This document shows positions 27,501-37,475 of a stretch of 64,000 nucleotides of DNA, one piece after another. The notes under the pieces were generated by a model. The model had not been told where the DNA came from. It ran no database searches and saw only the letters and a list, made by a program, of their open reading frames with translations. Within the stretch, counting starts at the first letter, position 1, and the number at the start of each line of letters is the position of its first letter. The stretch is from Oopsacas minuta (taxonomy: Eukaryota > Animalia > Porifera), in contig JAKMXF010000321.1 of NCBI GenBank assembly GCA_024704765.1, positions 496,001 to 560,000 of the forward strand, given 5' to 3'. The position numbers and the translations under genes were made by a program.

Positions 27501-28219
27501 AGTGTATACATTTGGGAGTTTTAGTTGTAGATGATTTCGCAGGTCTAGAACCGTTCCTATTCATCGGCCTACCCTCCTTAGTACTCGTAGAAGCTGTACA
27601 TCGTTCCATTGAGCATGAAGGAATAGTACTTGCTACAGGCACTGTGGTGACAGAGACGAATTGTCCTGATGGAGTTAAGAGCATGTTTCAAGCGATTGAT
27701 CGGTTTAAGAAGAAATTTTTGGAGTTAGACTTAAACACGTTTGAGTTAAGTTGGCTTAAATTGAACCTCCTCTTTACTACAGGCTGTGATAAGGAGCCCC
27801 CAGAACTGATTGCTAAAAGAGTTTCTCCTGATCGAATGGTGCGAATAAACGCGATTAAATCGGAAGTAATCGGGGTATCTATTCTCTTAACTCAAATGTT
27901 AATCTTTAAAGAGAAATTCGGTAGAGTTATGACTCGTGTTCTTGAAGATATTACAGAGAGTGACTAAAGCAAGATAAATATTCTTTTTATTCTATTTTAA
28001 TTCCTTCCCTAACTTCTGAAAATTTGATGTACTAAATATTTGATTCGTTGAATTTAGAAAATAATAATCTCAGTTATTCTTCCTTTCTATTTTAAGCCAG
28101 TGATAATGACTAATACCAAGAAAGTCTGTTATCGTAATTCAATTTGGCCTTTTTTGTATTTTAACTGTTTTACATTTGAACCTGTTTTGTCTAGGGGTCG
28201 CTCTATGCAACAGTACTGA
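18531..28219 (+). CDS. ARPC2: Arp2/3 complex subunit 2 (p34-Arc); 10 exons: 18531-18592, 18653-18687, 18749-18861, 19037-19133, 23241-23376, 23661-23754, 23825-23948, 24055-24155, 26635-26738, 28195-28219
   Basis: The exons total 891 nt (296 aa plus stop) with consistent phases: [107 protein letters not shown]. Confidence 0.93.
19343..20217. other. Assembly gap (875 N) inside ARPC2 intron 4
   Basis: Run of N. Confidence 0.99.
20894..21919 (+). CDS. NSDHL/3-beta-HSD-like extended SDR, intronless, nested in ARPC2 intron 4; catalytic motif degenerate
   Basis: [76 protein letters not shown] and a C-terminal hydrophobic segment. Confidence 0.85.
   Translation: MGKTKRREVCLVIGGCSFIGRHLVEGLVADGFQVKLLDSQSVCEIENVTFIQGDFCNRDELESALQGIDVVFHCVSVCSSDGNMQMVDRINIHGTRQLVEACNDTEVKKLILVTSCAIISDLGKHTRNGRECQPYAKRPFDHSFHTKVLQEQIVLRANSQSLLTTSIRLFAVFGPQPAGAISPHNLFSINSYKYAIGSGYNLSDFTYVGNVVHGLILASDHLYPSSPVCGQAYNITNGEPVSFNWLLNSVMEGLECDFPRKRFPFWLMFSFAFLLNIIYSIFSVCKLDFRTNLTLPSVNVAGKDSYYCIDKARAQLGYKPVYSLQQGLDITIQCIRVGQIQ
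22356..22925 (+). CDS. Small four-TM protein with a C-terminal PPxY motif (LAPTM-like topology), nested in ARPC2 intron 4; upstream in-frame ATG at 22248
   Basis: Uninterrupted ORF with four hydrophobic segments, ending [10 protein letters not shown]. Confidence 0.6.
   Translation: MPLVYGGFPEPTLLVAFLVHVSLSLLCMAISIIKLIMFIAVLFDNNKDVSHNAVLYTEVISYLMPPLLLVVFLYSLSGYLALCFKFYLTSCFLVVISLFWHVMFLCFRIIDLFVYLYAWHCRNELETDQSGLCIYIAELNSLALLECIFYITMIIILGYISCHLYDNIRSVSESSHRNHRSPPSYNAIQ
24188..24295. mobile_element. MITE family A, internally deleted copy in ARPC2 intron 8
   Basis: CAGTCAACTCATGTTATATCGAAGCTCAAGG...GGAGTTGACTGTA. Confidence 0.8.
24960..25020. repeat. Perfect 27-bp inverted repeat with a 7-nt loop
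   Basis: TTGTATACAGCTTCCTTTCTTCTCAAA-ACTCCCA-TTTGAGAAGAAAGGAAGCTGTATACAA. Confidence 0.95.
25497..26345 (+). CDS. Uncharacterised protein, intronless, nested in ARPC2 intron 8; paralog of 26966-27967
   Basis: Long clean ORF; [26 protein letters not shown] aligns with [26 protein letters not shown] of the next ORF. Confidence 0.8.
   Translation: MSVIKRLYNTFNRNSNNHSHGRISPQLIKSRKTTFSSYLEQDKVEVGFAKVYDKEANLIKDLSDEFIMIEIENVPTLTPHNIEYALSRPHFKTTSSGRKIRTLSLPSTAYTDSQYWYSFMQSMSELGSHCLRHDILLKDDFIDQEPFLYIGLPAIAIFDMVQRSCFMRSFPIVFHNGVTLDSRHCPLNGPVPFKLFELFKTRFMDLKLSLQEIALMKIKLLYSSGERDYPDSMQSNIEFERLAHLNAFIADIISTSIELTQLAYFKDNFEENVTKKILKNKY
26966..27967 (+). CDS. Uncharacterised protein with three YTGxDxYxFGD repeats and a conserved C-terminal domain, nested in ARPC2 intron 9
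   Basis: 333-aa ORF; repeats [26 protein letters not shown] and [13 protein letters not shown]; about 170 C-terminal aa are homologous to 25497-26345. Confidence 0.85.
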   Translation: MASFFSRVLASVGNSINTYTGEDSYKFGDFSRATASRVGTAVRQYTGKDEYQFGDVSRETISKLHQFRERHQTPAIGYLRDNVLGYTNKDRYVLGDITLSTVRKFINFIRENTSSNSNLVSIESTDNAIEGSDELIEVLSRAFWLPNKHDVDIKCTQIQLKDDVIWESFFVIAYELSIQCIHLGVLVVDDFAGLEPFLFIGLPSLVLVEAVHRSIEHEGIVLATGTVVTETNCPDGVKSMFQAIDRFKKKFLELDLNTFELSWLKLNLLFTTGCDKEPPELIAKRVSPDRMVRINAIKSEVIGVSILLTQMLIFKEKFGRVMTRVLEDITESD

Positions 28220-28662
28220 AGAACTCTGACTTGGGAGTTTATCTAGAGTGAATATTAGATTGTTAATAATGTATGTAGAATGTGTGACGTCATAGTGTGC
28301 TATTAATAGATAGATGTATAGATTTATTTGTATTGATTATTATCTATAATATGAAAGTATATTCTTCTAGCTAAGGGGATATTCACATCCGTTTTCCTGA
28401 CTGTTAAATGCTTTAATAGTCTTGTTTCACTCTGAATTTTGCATTTTACGATTTCCAATTTTTAGGTGTTAAAACACGTTAAGATTGTACATACAGTAAA
28501 CTCCTGTTATACCTTTTATATTTATAGTATTCACTGGAGGCACTATAGTAAATATATTATGCTATCGGCACAGATTGTAATTCTATATTTTAGGATGATT
28601 TTTCCAATAATATAATAATTTTTACTAAACTAGCCACCTAAAAATAGGACTTCGCCTTAACA

Positions 28663-31600
28663 ATGAAATTGTATTTGATATTTCTTCTTATTCTGATCTT
28701 CTCCTATTCATCACAAGCTCAGCAGTCAGAATCGTGTTATCAAGTCTGTACTTACACTACTGTATCAATACGTTGTGAGTTAAACCTAGAGAATGATACT
28801 AGTTGGGATACTTTCTTACAACTGGGCTGTTTTGATACAGAAGGACAACAGTTAGTTTTGCATTTGTATCCAAGTCCTGATGCTTCTACACTAGAAATTG
28901 AAGTTGATTTAACTCAGTATAATTATGATAGTCTATCTCTTGTTACTTATCTATCTGAGGAATTATGTACTGCTATCAATCATATACGATTAATCCAATC
29001 CACTGCAAATACGAATCTCACTTATCTGAGTATTCATGGTTGTTTCGAAGAGGCTAGTATTAGCGAATTTATAACAACCTTCCCTTCTGTAAATGAAATA
29101 AAGCTGCAACAATTAATTACAAACACAGATACGCTTGTAGGTTTTTGGAATGCTTTCAATGATTTGAGAGGCATTGAATTAACTCAGAATGTTATTTCAC
29201 GTTTTGATCATACATTACTTCAAAATCTTCACAAAGTAGAGCGATTAATCTTGAATTCAAATGAAATACTAAGTCTTGAGAATATTACTTTTTTACATCT
29301 TTCAACATTACAAAGAATTGAGCTAGATTATAATAAAATCAATCTAATTCACGATAAACAATTCTATAAACTACGTGAGTTAGAAATAATACAAATTCAG
29401 AACAATGAACTAACTTCACTGCCTAACACTGCTTTTGAAGAGTGCACAAAACTAACACAAATTTTATTAGAAGCAAATCCTCTTAATTGTATATGCAGTT
29501 TATCATGGGTCAGTACTGTTAACCGTTTGTATGCAATCGATTTCGGAGCTGCTACTTGTGAATACCCAGGCGGTCTTATCACTACAACTAGCCACTATTC
29601 AAGTTGTGTAGCTGATGATCAGGAATGTTTTGATCCAAGTATAGTGTGTGAATATGACTGTGTAAATACTGATTCTAGTTATTTCTGTGAATGTCTTCCA
29701 GGCTATGAACTAACTGATAATAATAATATTGACTGTATGGATATAGACGAGTGTACTAATGGTTATTGTCAACATTCCTGTGTAAATACTGAAGGCTCAT
29801 TCATGTGCTCTTGTAACACAGGTTACTATATATCTAATGATAATGTTACCTGTTTGGATATCAACGAGTGTGAGATGGGAGAAGTCTGTCTTTACGGTTG
29901 CGTGAATGCACTGGGTACATATTACTGTGAATGTGATAGTGGAAATGTTGGTGGTTGTATATGCGAGCCAGGTACAGACTACTGTATACACAATGAGATG
30001 TGTTTAACTGATCTTACTTACTGCTGTCCTGCTAGTGAATACTATTGCATTGTAACAGGCTGCTGTATTGATGATTCATTAACATGTCCACCTGTATTAC
30101 AAACGGATACATCTATGCATGTTGTGGTAGTAGACAGAGTTAATAAGTCTTCGCTAGTAATTACTATTACCGAGTTACCGAGTAATATAGTGTGTGAATT
30201 TGATATAGCAGATTACGTCAATATTACGAGTGTTGAGTATCAAAATTGTGATATTGAATGGGTAAACTGCTTAACTGAGGAGATAGATAGCTCCGAACCT
30301 TACAGTACTAATCATTCAATCACGACCCTACCCCAGTTTGTATTCTCACGCTGTATCGCTTATACCACATCTAGTGGTGTCATAGAAAGGATGTTTATAG
30401 TTACGCCTCACTTCTCATCAAATTACATAGCAACCCGAGCGCTTGAGTATAGTCCTGAAATCGTGTATGTACTAGCTAGTGATGGTTCATTCTGTTCTAA
30501 TAACTGTCCTAGCCTCAGTACTGATCTCGTTCTTAGTTCAGATACAACTTTAAGCCTGTCACCTTCTCTGCTTTCCATATCAATACAGGAATGTATGGAT
30601 TATTCTTCTATTTACGGGTTAAAGTATTCTCTCTATATGCTTGAAATTGAGTTTTTACGAACTTCAATTTTATTTGAAGGATATTACATTCTAAATATTG
30701 ATAATACAGATTTCGGTTCTACCACACAGGAATTTTCATTATCATATCCTGGAGACCAATATTGCCCTGCAGAATTCCTGCATGGTGTACTATGGGATGT
30801 AACATTACATGACATTATTACAGGTAAAAAATGTTCTGACGTGTTATCTAATGGAGATGACAGTGTTGGATTAACCAGGCTATGTAATGGATCTGGTTAT
30901 GGTTGGAGTAATGTTATTTCTGAGTGTTATTACCCTGTAGAAGATGGTACAGCATCAAAATCTGTAAGTGAAATATTTGAATATATTCTTATAAGTCTAC
31001 ATTTCTGATTGTGATTTCAATTAGATTTTGCAATTACAATTACACTAACAGTGACCATATATTTTCAATCACAATTACTATTCCCATAGAATATTAATTT
31101 CAATTACAATTATAACTGAACCCAACCCTGACACTGAATTCCATATATTTCACACTGTAAAGACAAAAATTATATGTTTGTAGACAAACAAGGTAGTTCT
31201 TACTCTCTCTAAAGAATCTTACTTATCATCTCAAGATGGTTCTTGTCCCCAATCTTCTAGTCTGCTTGAATATTATCAGAACGAATTCTCTTCTCTGTCC
31301 GTGTTGAAAACCGAGAGAATGGAATACTTTGATAGTTTATGGATAGAAGATCCAGGTTATTCCATACAGAGTATATTAGAACAAAAGTTATCAGTATTAA
31401 TATCTGCTAATTGTTATTCTAACTATTGGATCGGTAAAATTACACAAAATATTAATTTGTGTTCTTGTCAGACTGAGACAACAGATAGAGGGCATGGACA
31501 GATTGATGAATTATTTGTTTGTACACAACCTGCTTGCAACTGTACAGGTACAATACTATTAATAGGTTTTTGTTGTTTTTATATCATAAACAGAGGACTA

Positions 31601-33838
31601 ATTATATGAGTAATTTCCCCATACTCTTGTATGTATAGTAACAATGTATATTTTTGTGTAGAATCTGGTTGTCAATGTACAAGCATGTTTGCTGGTGATG
31701 GCGTATACTGTGGACTTGATGGTGACGATGATAATCAACCTATCGTAGATCTTCCTTGTTCAGATCCCAGCTGTATAGCTGATAACTGCCCAGAAATATT
31801 TAATCCCTATCAAGAAGATTGTAATAACGACAGTATAGGAGATGTTTGTCAAAATATTTGTTACGATGAAGTAGATACTACTTTTAATTTAACCTGGGTA
31901 TGTACATTAAAAGGTAATACAGCTAAAGCTAACTGTATTGGAGCTGGCCAGAAAGCATCTCGTTACTGTGAAGACAATGATTTGTGGTCAATTCGTATTG
32001 ATACATTTAATTGTACTTCTCAATCTTATTCTAATTTAACTGTTCTGAACAATACAGCTGCTTTGAGCTTATTAGCTGACGTCATAGCTCAGGAAACACC
32101 GGTTTATTCCGGTGACATAGATATCTCTGTGAACATACTCAATGATAACCTGAATAGAACTCAAGATCCTGATGAAACAGCTAAAATTACTGTAGTTGAT
32201 AATACACTCACTATTATTGATCAGCTGATCGATAAAGAAGTTATTGATATACTCGGACAAACCGAGTTAAAAATGCCAGTCGCTGAGAATCTCATAAAAA
32301 TCGTAGATACACATGCTATAAATATAGTATCGCAAAATACATCAGTCAAATTTAATAATTTTACAAACTTACATTTTGAAACTTTGGCTATTCAATCAGG
32401 ATCAAATCTATCTGAACCAATTAAGCTAGTAGCTGAGAATTTAGATTTTGATACTATGGAGGGAGACCAGCAACCTGAATTAACCTTACCAACTAGTCAA
32501 CTGAACTCTAATGAGAATATTGGTATTGTTTTCTTCGCTAAGAAGAATATAGGGAGTATATTATTTAAGTATGGGACTGATGTTACAGTTGGTAGTAGTG
32601 ATATTCCTTTGTCACATTTTAGTAACCTACAAATTGTCAGTCCTCTTATTTCTGCGCAAGTTTTAGAAGGCGATAAGAAAATAACAACTTTTGATGAGCC
32701 TGCACAGATTAAGTTACCATTGAGTGTGCCTCAATCTGCAAATACTTATTTCAAACGAACTTGTGTATCAATTACTCTAGACGATTCAGATACATTCTTA
32801 ACATGGAAAGATGATGGCCTTACTGAGAATATCCAAACTACGAACTTTGTAGAATGTAGTGCACTTCATTTTACATCATTCGCGGTTTTAGTCGCGATAA
32901 ACGGGCTTGAAAACCAAGATGCAGCACTCACTATAATATCCTATGCGGGTGTAGGTATTTCCATAATCTGCTTAGGTCTGTGTATATACATATACTTAGT
33001 ATTTGGTTTATCACTGTTAAAGCAAGCACATCACTTCACACACTTTAACTTAATTCTCTGTCTCTTACTGCTATTCGTATTATTCTCTATTGGCTTAGAA
33101 TTGCCTTATAGGGAAAATTTTGGTGAATATATCCCATGTAAAATCGCTTCTGGTTTGTTACAATATTTAGTACTGACTCTATTCGCCTGGATGTTAGCAG
33201 AAGCCGTTATAATATTGATACTCATGCAATGGCCATTTTATCAATTCAGTCTGAAATATGGTGTAATCGTATCAAGTATATGCTGGGTAGTACCAGGTAT
33301 CTATGTAGCAGCCTACACATATCCATTACAAAATTCTTTCCTTACTCCAACCTCCATGCCATTGAATAATACACAGAAGTCACCTGGCTATTGTTGGATA
33401 CAATCTAGAGACGAATATATGAATATACATAGACATAATCTGGTTGTAATAATTCCTATAATTGTTATTCTACTCGCCAATATTATTCTATTCGCGTATG
33501 TTATTACTAAAGCAGCTATTCTCTATCTAGGACAGAGGAGTTTTGATAAATTCACCCGCTCACGTAGAGCTTCTCTTAGCCTACTCAGATTATTCTTGGT
33601 CTTAACTCCTGTATTGGGATTTCTATGGATACTTGGACTCTTCAATTTTGACCCTGCCTCTCCTTTTGCATGGGTATTCACTATACTCGGGAGTCTACAG
33701 GGTTTTTTTATTTTATTTTTTGTTGTACTCATTAGGAAAGATATTCGTGATTCTATTATTTCAAGGTTTAATCGGATATATACTCGTACTATACCTGCTA
33801 CAGGGTTAAGCAGCATGAATTTTACTAGCAAATCTTAA
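28663..33838 (+). CDS. Adhesion GPCR: signal peptide, LRRs, Ca-binding EGFs, thrombospondin type-3-like repeat, HormR, GAIN/GPS, 7TM; exons 28663-30963, 31184-31547, 31662-33838
   Basis: LRRs (LERLILNSNEI, LEIIQIQNNELTSL, NPLNCICSLSW); DIDEC/DINEC EGFs; ADNCPEIFNPYQEDCNNDSIGDVC; GPS CSALHFTSFAVLV followed by seven hydrophobic helices; splice phases consistent. Confidence 0.88.
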
Positions 33839-33956
33839 CTTCTAGTATTACTCACTTATTATTTTAACACACGATATCCTTTATAATTTTATTATTTTAT
33901 TCTCATATAATCATATAATTATTATATTCTATATTCTATACGAATTAATTACTAAG

Positions 33957-34046
33957 TACAGTCAGCTTCGAAGCTTAACGGACCGTGATAATTACTTCTA
34001 TAAGCGGAGTTTGATAAATCCGTGTTCGATATAAAGTGGTTGACTA
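33957..34046. mobile_element. MITE family A, degenerate short copy
   Basis: TACAGTCAGC...GGACCGTGATAATTACTTC...CCGTGTTCGATATAA..GGTTGACT. Confidence 0.6.
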
Positions 34047-34639
34047 TTAATTTGTTTACAGTTTATTCCCATTACATTTGGAACACAGATATATCTAAAT
34101 ATCCACTTTTATCAAAGGCTGAACTTATCACGTTAATAATTATTAGGAACTTGGCGAATAATTAGAGAGATTTTGGACCTTCCCTCTAATTTGGCTTAAC
34201 ACAGCTTAAGTCGGCACAGATAGTGATTTGGTATTTGAACGAACATTTTCAATAATAATCCTCTTTATAAAATTTTATTATATTTTGTCATTGGGAAGTG
34301 CTCAACGCAAACTTTCAATGTTAATATTGTTTGTAGTGCTTCCTCTACAATTTTCTGTGTAATCAACCTTTGAAATTTCCATCCTGTTATCCCAATATCC
34401 CAAAATACATTTCCTTTCTCAAACGGAGATAAGCTGCTTTGAACCTTTTGAAATCTCCTGGTTACTTATCGAGGATTTTTTCCATTTTATTACAATTTTG
34501 CACTTTTTCAAGGCAAACATTCCTATTACTATCATTCCAACAGATGCAACATTTTTCTCATTATTGCTTCTTGTTTCGGATTTTAGAAGGATAAAAAGAC
34601 AATCTGAGGAGTTACACAATTACAATATTTATGATATTA

Positions 34640-35002
34640 CTCATACTTCTATGACATCATTTATTCATCCAGAAATCACTCTTATGGGTTTCCTAAAGGG
34701 CAATGTCCTAGTACAATATTTTGACAATTCCGAAATATTCAAAATTATGTCGAGACAAACCACTAGACACCTTTTACGAACTTTCACATATCATAATCTC
34801 CTCTATGAAACCTGATATTTTCATTGAAAAACATTCCATACCTGTACTTTTATTCGAAGTTGTTTCATCAAATGACGAGGAGAGCACAGTTGCCAAATGC
34901 ATTGCTGCTTTAATTTATCAAATTCGTTTATATCGTGTATATGACCAAGTGTGTGAGTGTGGTTTTGTTTTACCAAGTTATAAAAGTTATAACAAGAGTT
35001 GA
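34640..35002 (+). pseudogene. Decayed coding remnant with a KPD...VLLFEV motif (restriction-endonuclease-fold-like)
   Basis: Two overlapping short ORFs in different frames (34498-34815 and 34721-35002) suggest a frameshift. KPDIFIEKHSIPVLLFEVVSS...TVAKC..LIYQIRLYR..D...CGFVLP ends in a premature stop. Confidence 0.35.
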
Positions 35003-35337
35003 CTGTATTAGAAATATTATGCAATTGTTATTAGGCTTACAGTCATATAGAGATATCAAATTCAAACACTTGTACAAATATCTAAGTGGCTGGTTCAAAT
35101 TGTCTTGAAGTGTAGCTAGGCAACATAAATGCAAGAAAGGTATGTATGTATTCTTCCAATAATTAATTATTTGATATCTAATAATTAGTATTTGGCTATA
35201 TGACATGAAGCTGGTCAAATTACTAACTTACCAAAACTGACTCAAGCAATTCAATAAAAACCTTATGGTGTGGCAATATGATATGAATACAACACATACT
35301 TCAATACTACTAACCATACGCATTCTATTGCATTGTT

Positions 35338-37275
35338 ATGGTAACCATGGTCATAGACCACTTAATATATAAGATAGATAATACTTTAAGAATAATATTT
35401 AAAATTATGAATTTGATAAAGGAATGGACTTCATTGTTAGTAGCTCAGGATCTGAACAGTCTCCTCGAGAAAGTTTGTGAAGTTACGAAGTGTCATTTTG
35501 AAATTTTGAAAGATGGGAGTCAAATCGAACTCACTATCCTGAAATGTCTTTTGGCATTCATAAATCTTGATCCACAATTCCCTCATAATAAAAACGTATG
35601 CTGTACACAAGTTGTAGTACATATTCCTCGTTCCAACAGATCTACGGTTGCGAAATTCATTCCCAAATATCTGTCACATGTCAAAGACCTGAATGACGTA
35701 GACGTTTATGGAAACTCGTACATGCATTATCTAGCTGATCTATCGTTAGAACCTAGTATGAAATCGTCTATCCTCCAGAAAGCAATAGACTGTGGAGCTC
35801 ACCATTTCCCAAACAGAGAGAACATAACTCCATTACAGGTAGCAGCACTTAAAGGAGATGGTGCTTGTGTAAGGAAACTGTTGCATAACTATAAATCTAT
35901 ATCAAGTGCTGAAATAATACAAGCATGCGGAATTTTGTTATATAGTACACCTTTTCAAGGATTCCATCTTCCGTGTAGAAAATACTTTCAAATGAAAATA
36001 AAAGAACATTTACCCAAGTTCAGAGCTAATCCAACATTCTATCTTGGTGCTACCATGTCAACGGAAACTATCAAATTGTTTGAGGTTATTTTCGCGAATA
36101 TCGATGAAGATACTTACACTCAAATCCAGATGGATTACAAAGAGAGCTTTTCGCAACAGAAACAGATTATTTCCCACACGATATCCTCCCCATGTGGAGA
36201 AGTTACTAGTCAAATTCTACAGAAACACGAGTTCTTTTCATTCGTATCTATTTTCCCGATGTTAATACAATATCATTCCTACAAGAGCAATTCTGTAAGG
36301 AGCGTATGTTTGTCTTCAGTCAAGCCTTATATTAAGTTATACCAAAATAAGTTAATGTCACTCATTTTCAAGCGGCCGTTGCCTCTAGAAAGTTTCCGCT
36401 ACTGGAGACAATTGAAGCAGCATTTTACAAGTACATTTCGTTGTTGGCTTCTTGACTTAGTCAGTGTAGTTAAAACACATCTCCAACTGTCCAGTGTAGA
36501 AGCATCTATCTTTATGTTAAAGGAAGTACAAGGTTACATAGAGGAGTATGCTAATCTAGCTTGTTTATACTTAGACTATTTGAATAATATTATTCAAGGA
36601 GAAGAAAGGCTGGAAATAGTTAAATCTGAAATGAAAGATATAGCTGATTGTCTCGTAACACTTCATTCTGATCTAATCGCTCTGGATTCGAATCAGCCTC
36701 AGATTATCTCCAAACTATTGAATCAATCATTCATGATAATACACTGTATCAGTAAAATCAGGACAGATACAGCCAGTAACCCAAGTTCATCTATAGTAAT
36801 CTCACTGCTGGAGCTGGTCCTACCATCTGAGGGGCACTTATTGAACCAATACGACGAACAAGGCAGAACTCCATTACACTGGGCTGTCCAGAAGAAATCA
36901 GAACTAATTCCATATCTTCTTGAATGCGGTGCTTACCCACACGCAATTGATAAGAAAGTTAAAATGAGTGCTTTACAGCTATTGAGAGAGGAGAGTCTTG
37001 TTCCGAAAGGTTTGAGGAAATGTTTCAAACAACTGCATGACCAAGTACAGCCTCTTAAAGTTATAACAGCACACACAATAGCTAAAGTAACACAAGATAG
37101 TTATGATACAGTGCTGCCTAAGGACTTAGCATATTTTGTATATCTACATCAACCTACTTGGACATCTCTACAAACTCAATTACCTGAGGGAGTGACGCCA
37201 CCAGCTGATTTAAGCCGGCTAAGACTACTCAAAGATAATCTTGTTCTTAAGAACCAGATTATATATCATTTCTAA
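35338..37275 (+). CDS. Ankyrin-repeat protein with a FEM1-like C-terminus, intronless; start codon uncertain (35338 or about 35407)
   Basis: DVYGNSYMHYLA, NRENITPLQVAALKG, DEQGRTPLHWAV..LIPYLLECGA; C-terminal PLKVITAHTI...Y...LPKDLAYFVYLH resembles the FEM1 BC/VHL-box tail. Confidence 0.7.
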   Translation: MVTMVIDHLIYKIDNTLRIIFKIMNLIKEWTSLLVAQDLNSLLEKVCEVTKCHFEILKDGSQIELTILKCLLAFINLDPQFPHNKNVCCTQVVVHIPRSNRSTVAKFIPKYLSHVKDLNDVDVYGNSYMHYLADLSLEPSMKSSILQKAIDCGAHHFPNRENITPLQVAALKGDGACVRKLLHNYKSISSAEIIQACGILLYSTPFQGFHLPCRKYFQMKIKEHLPKFRANPTFYLGATMSTETIKLFEVIFANIDEDTYTQIQMDYKESFSQQKQIISHTISSPCGEVTSQILQKHEFFSFVSIFPMLIQYHSYKSNSVRSVCLSSVKPYIKLYQNKLMSLIFKRPLPLESFRYWRQLKQHFTSTFRCWLLDLVSVVKTHLQLSSVEASIFMLKEVQGYIEEYANLACLYLDYLNNIIQGEERLEIVKSEMKDIADCLVTLHSDLIALDSNQPQIISKLLNQSFMIIHCISKIRTDTASNPSSSIVISLLELVLPSEGHLLNQYDEQGRTPLHWAVQKKSELIPYLLECGAYPHAIDKKVKMSALQLLREESLVPKGLRKCFKQLHDQVQPLKVITAHTIAKVTQDSYDTVLPKDLAYFVYLHQPTWTSLQTQLPEGVTPPADLSRLRLLKDNLVLKNQIIYHF

Positions 37276-37475
37276 TTTTATCGTAGCGTTTTCTTATTAT
37301 ATATAATTCGTATGCATTATTTCAATTTATTTGTATTATTTTCATACAACTACTCTGTAACGATATTTATAATATTGCCACCAGCAAGTTGATCCATACA
37401 CATAGACTTGTCCATACTTGTAACTGGTTACTCTATTAACATAGCACTTAGGCCAGCAAATTAATACATTGTTAG

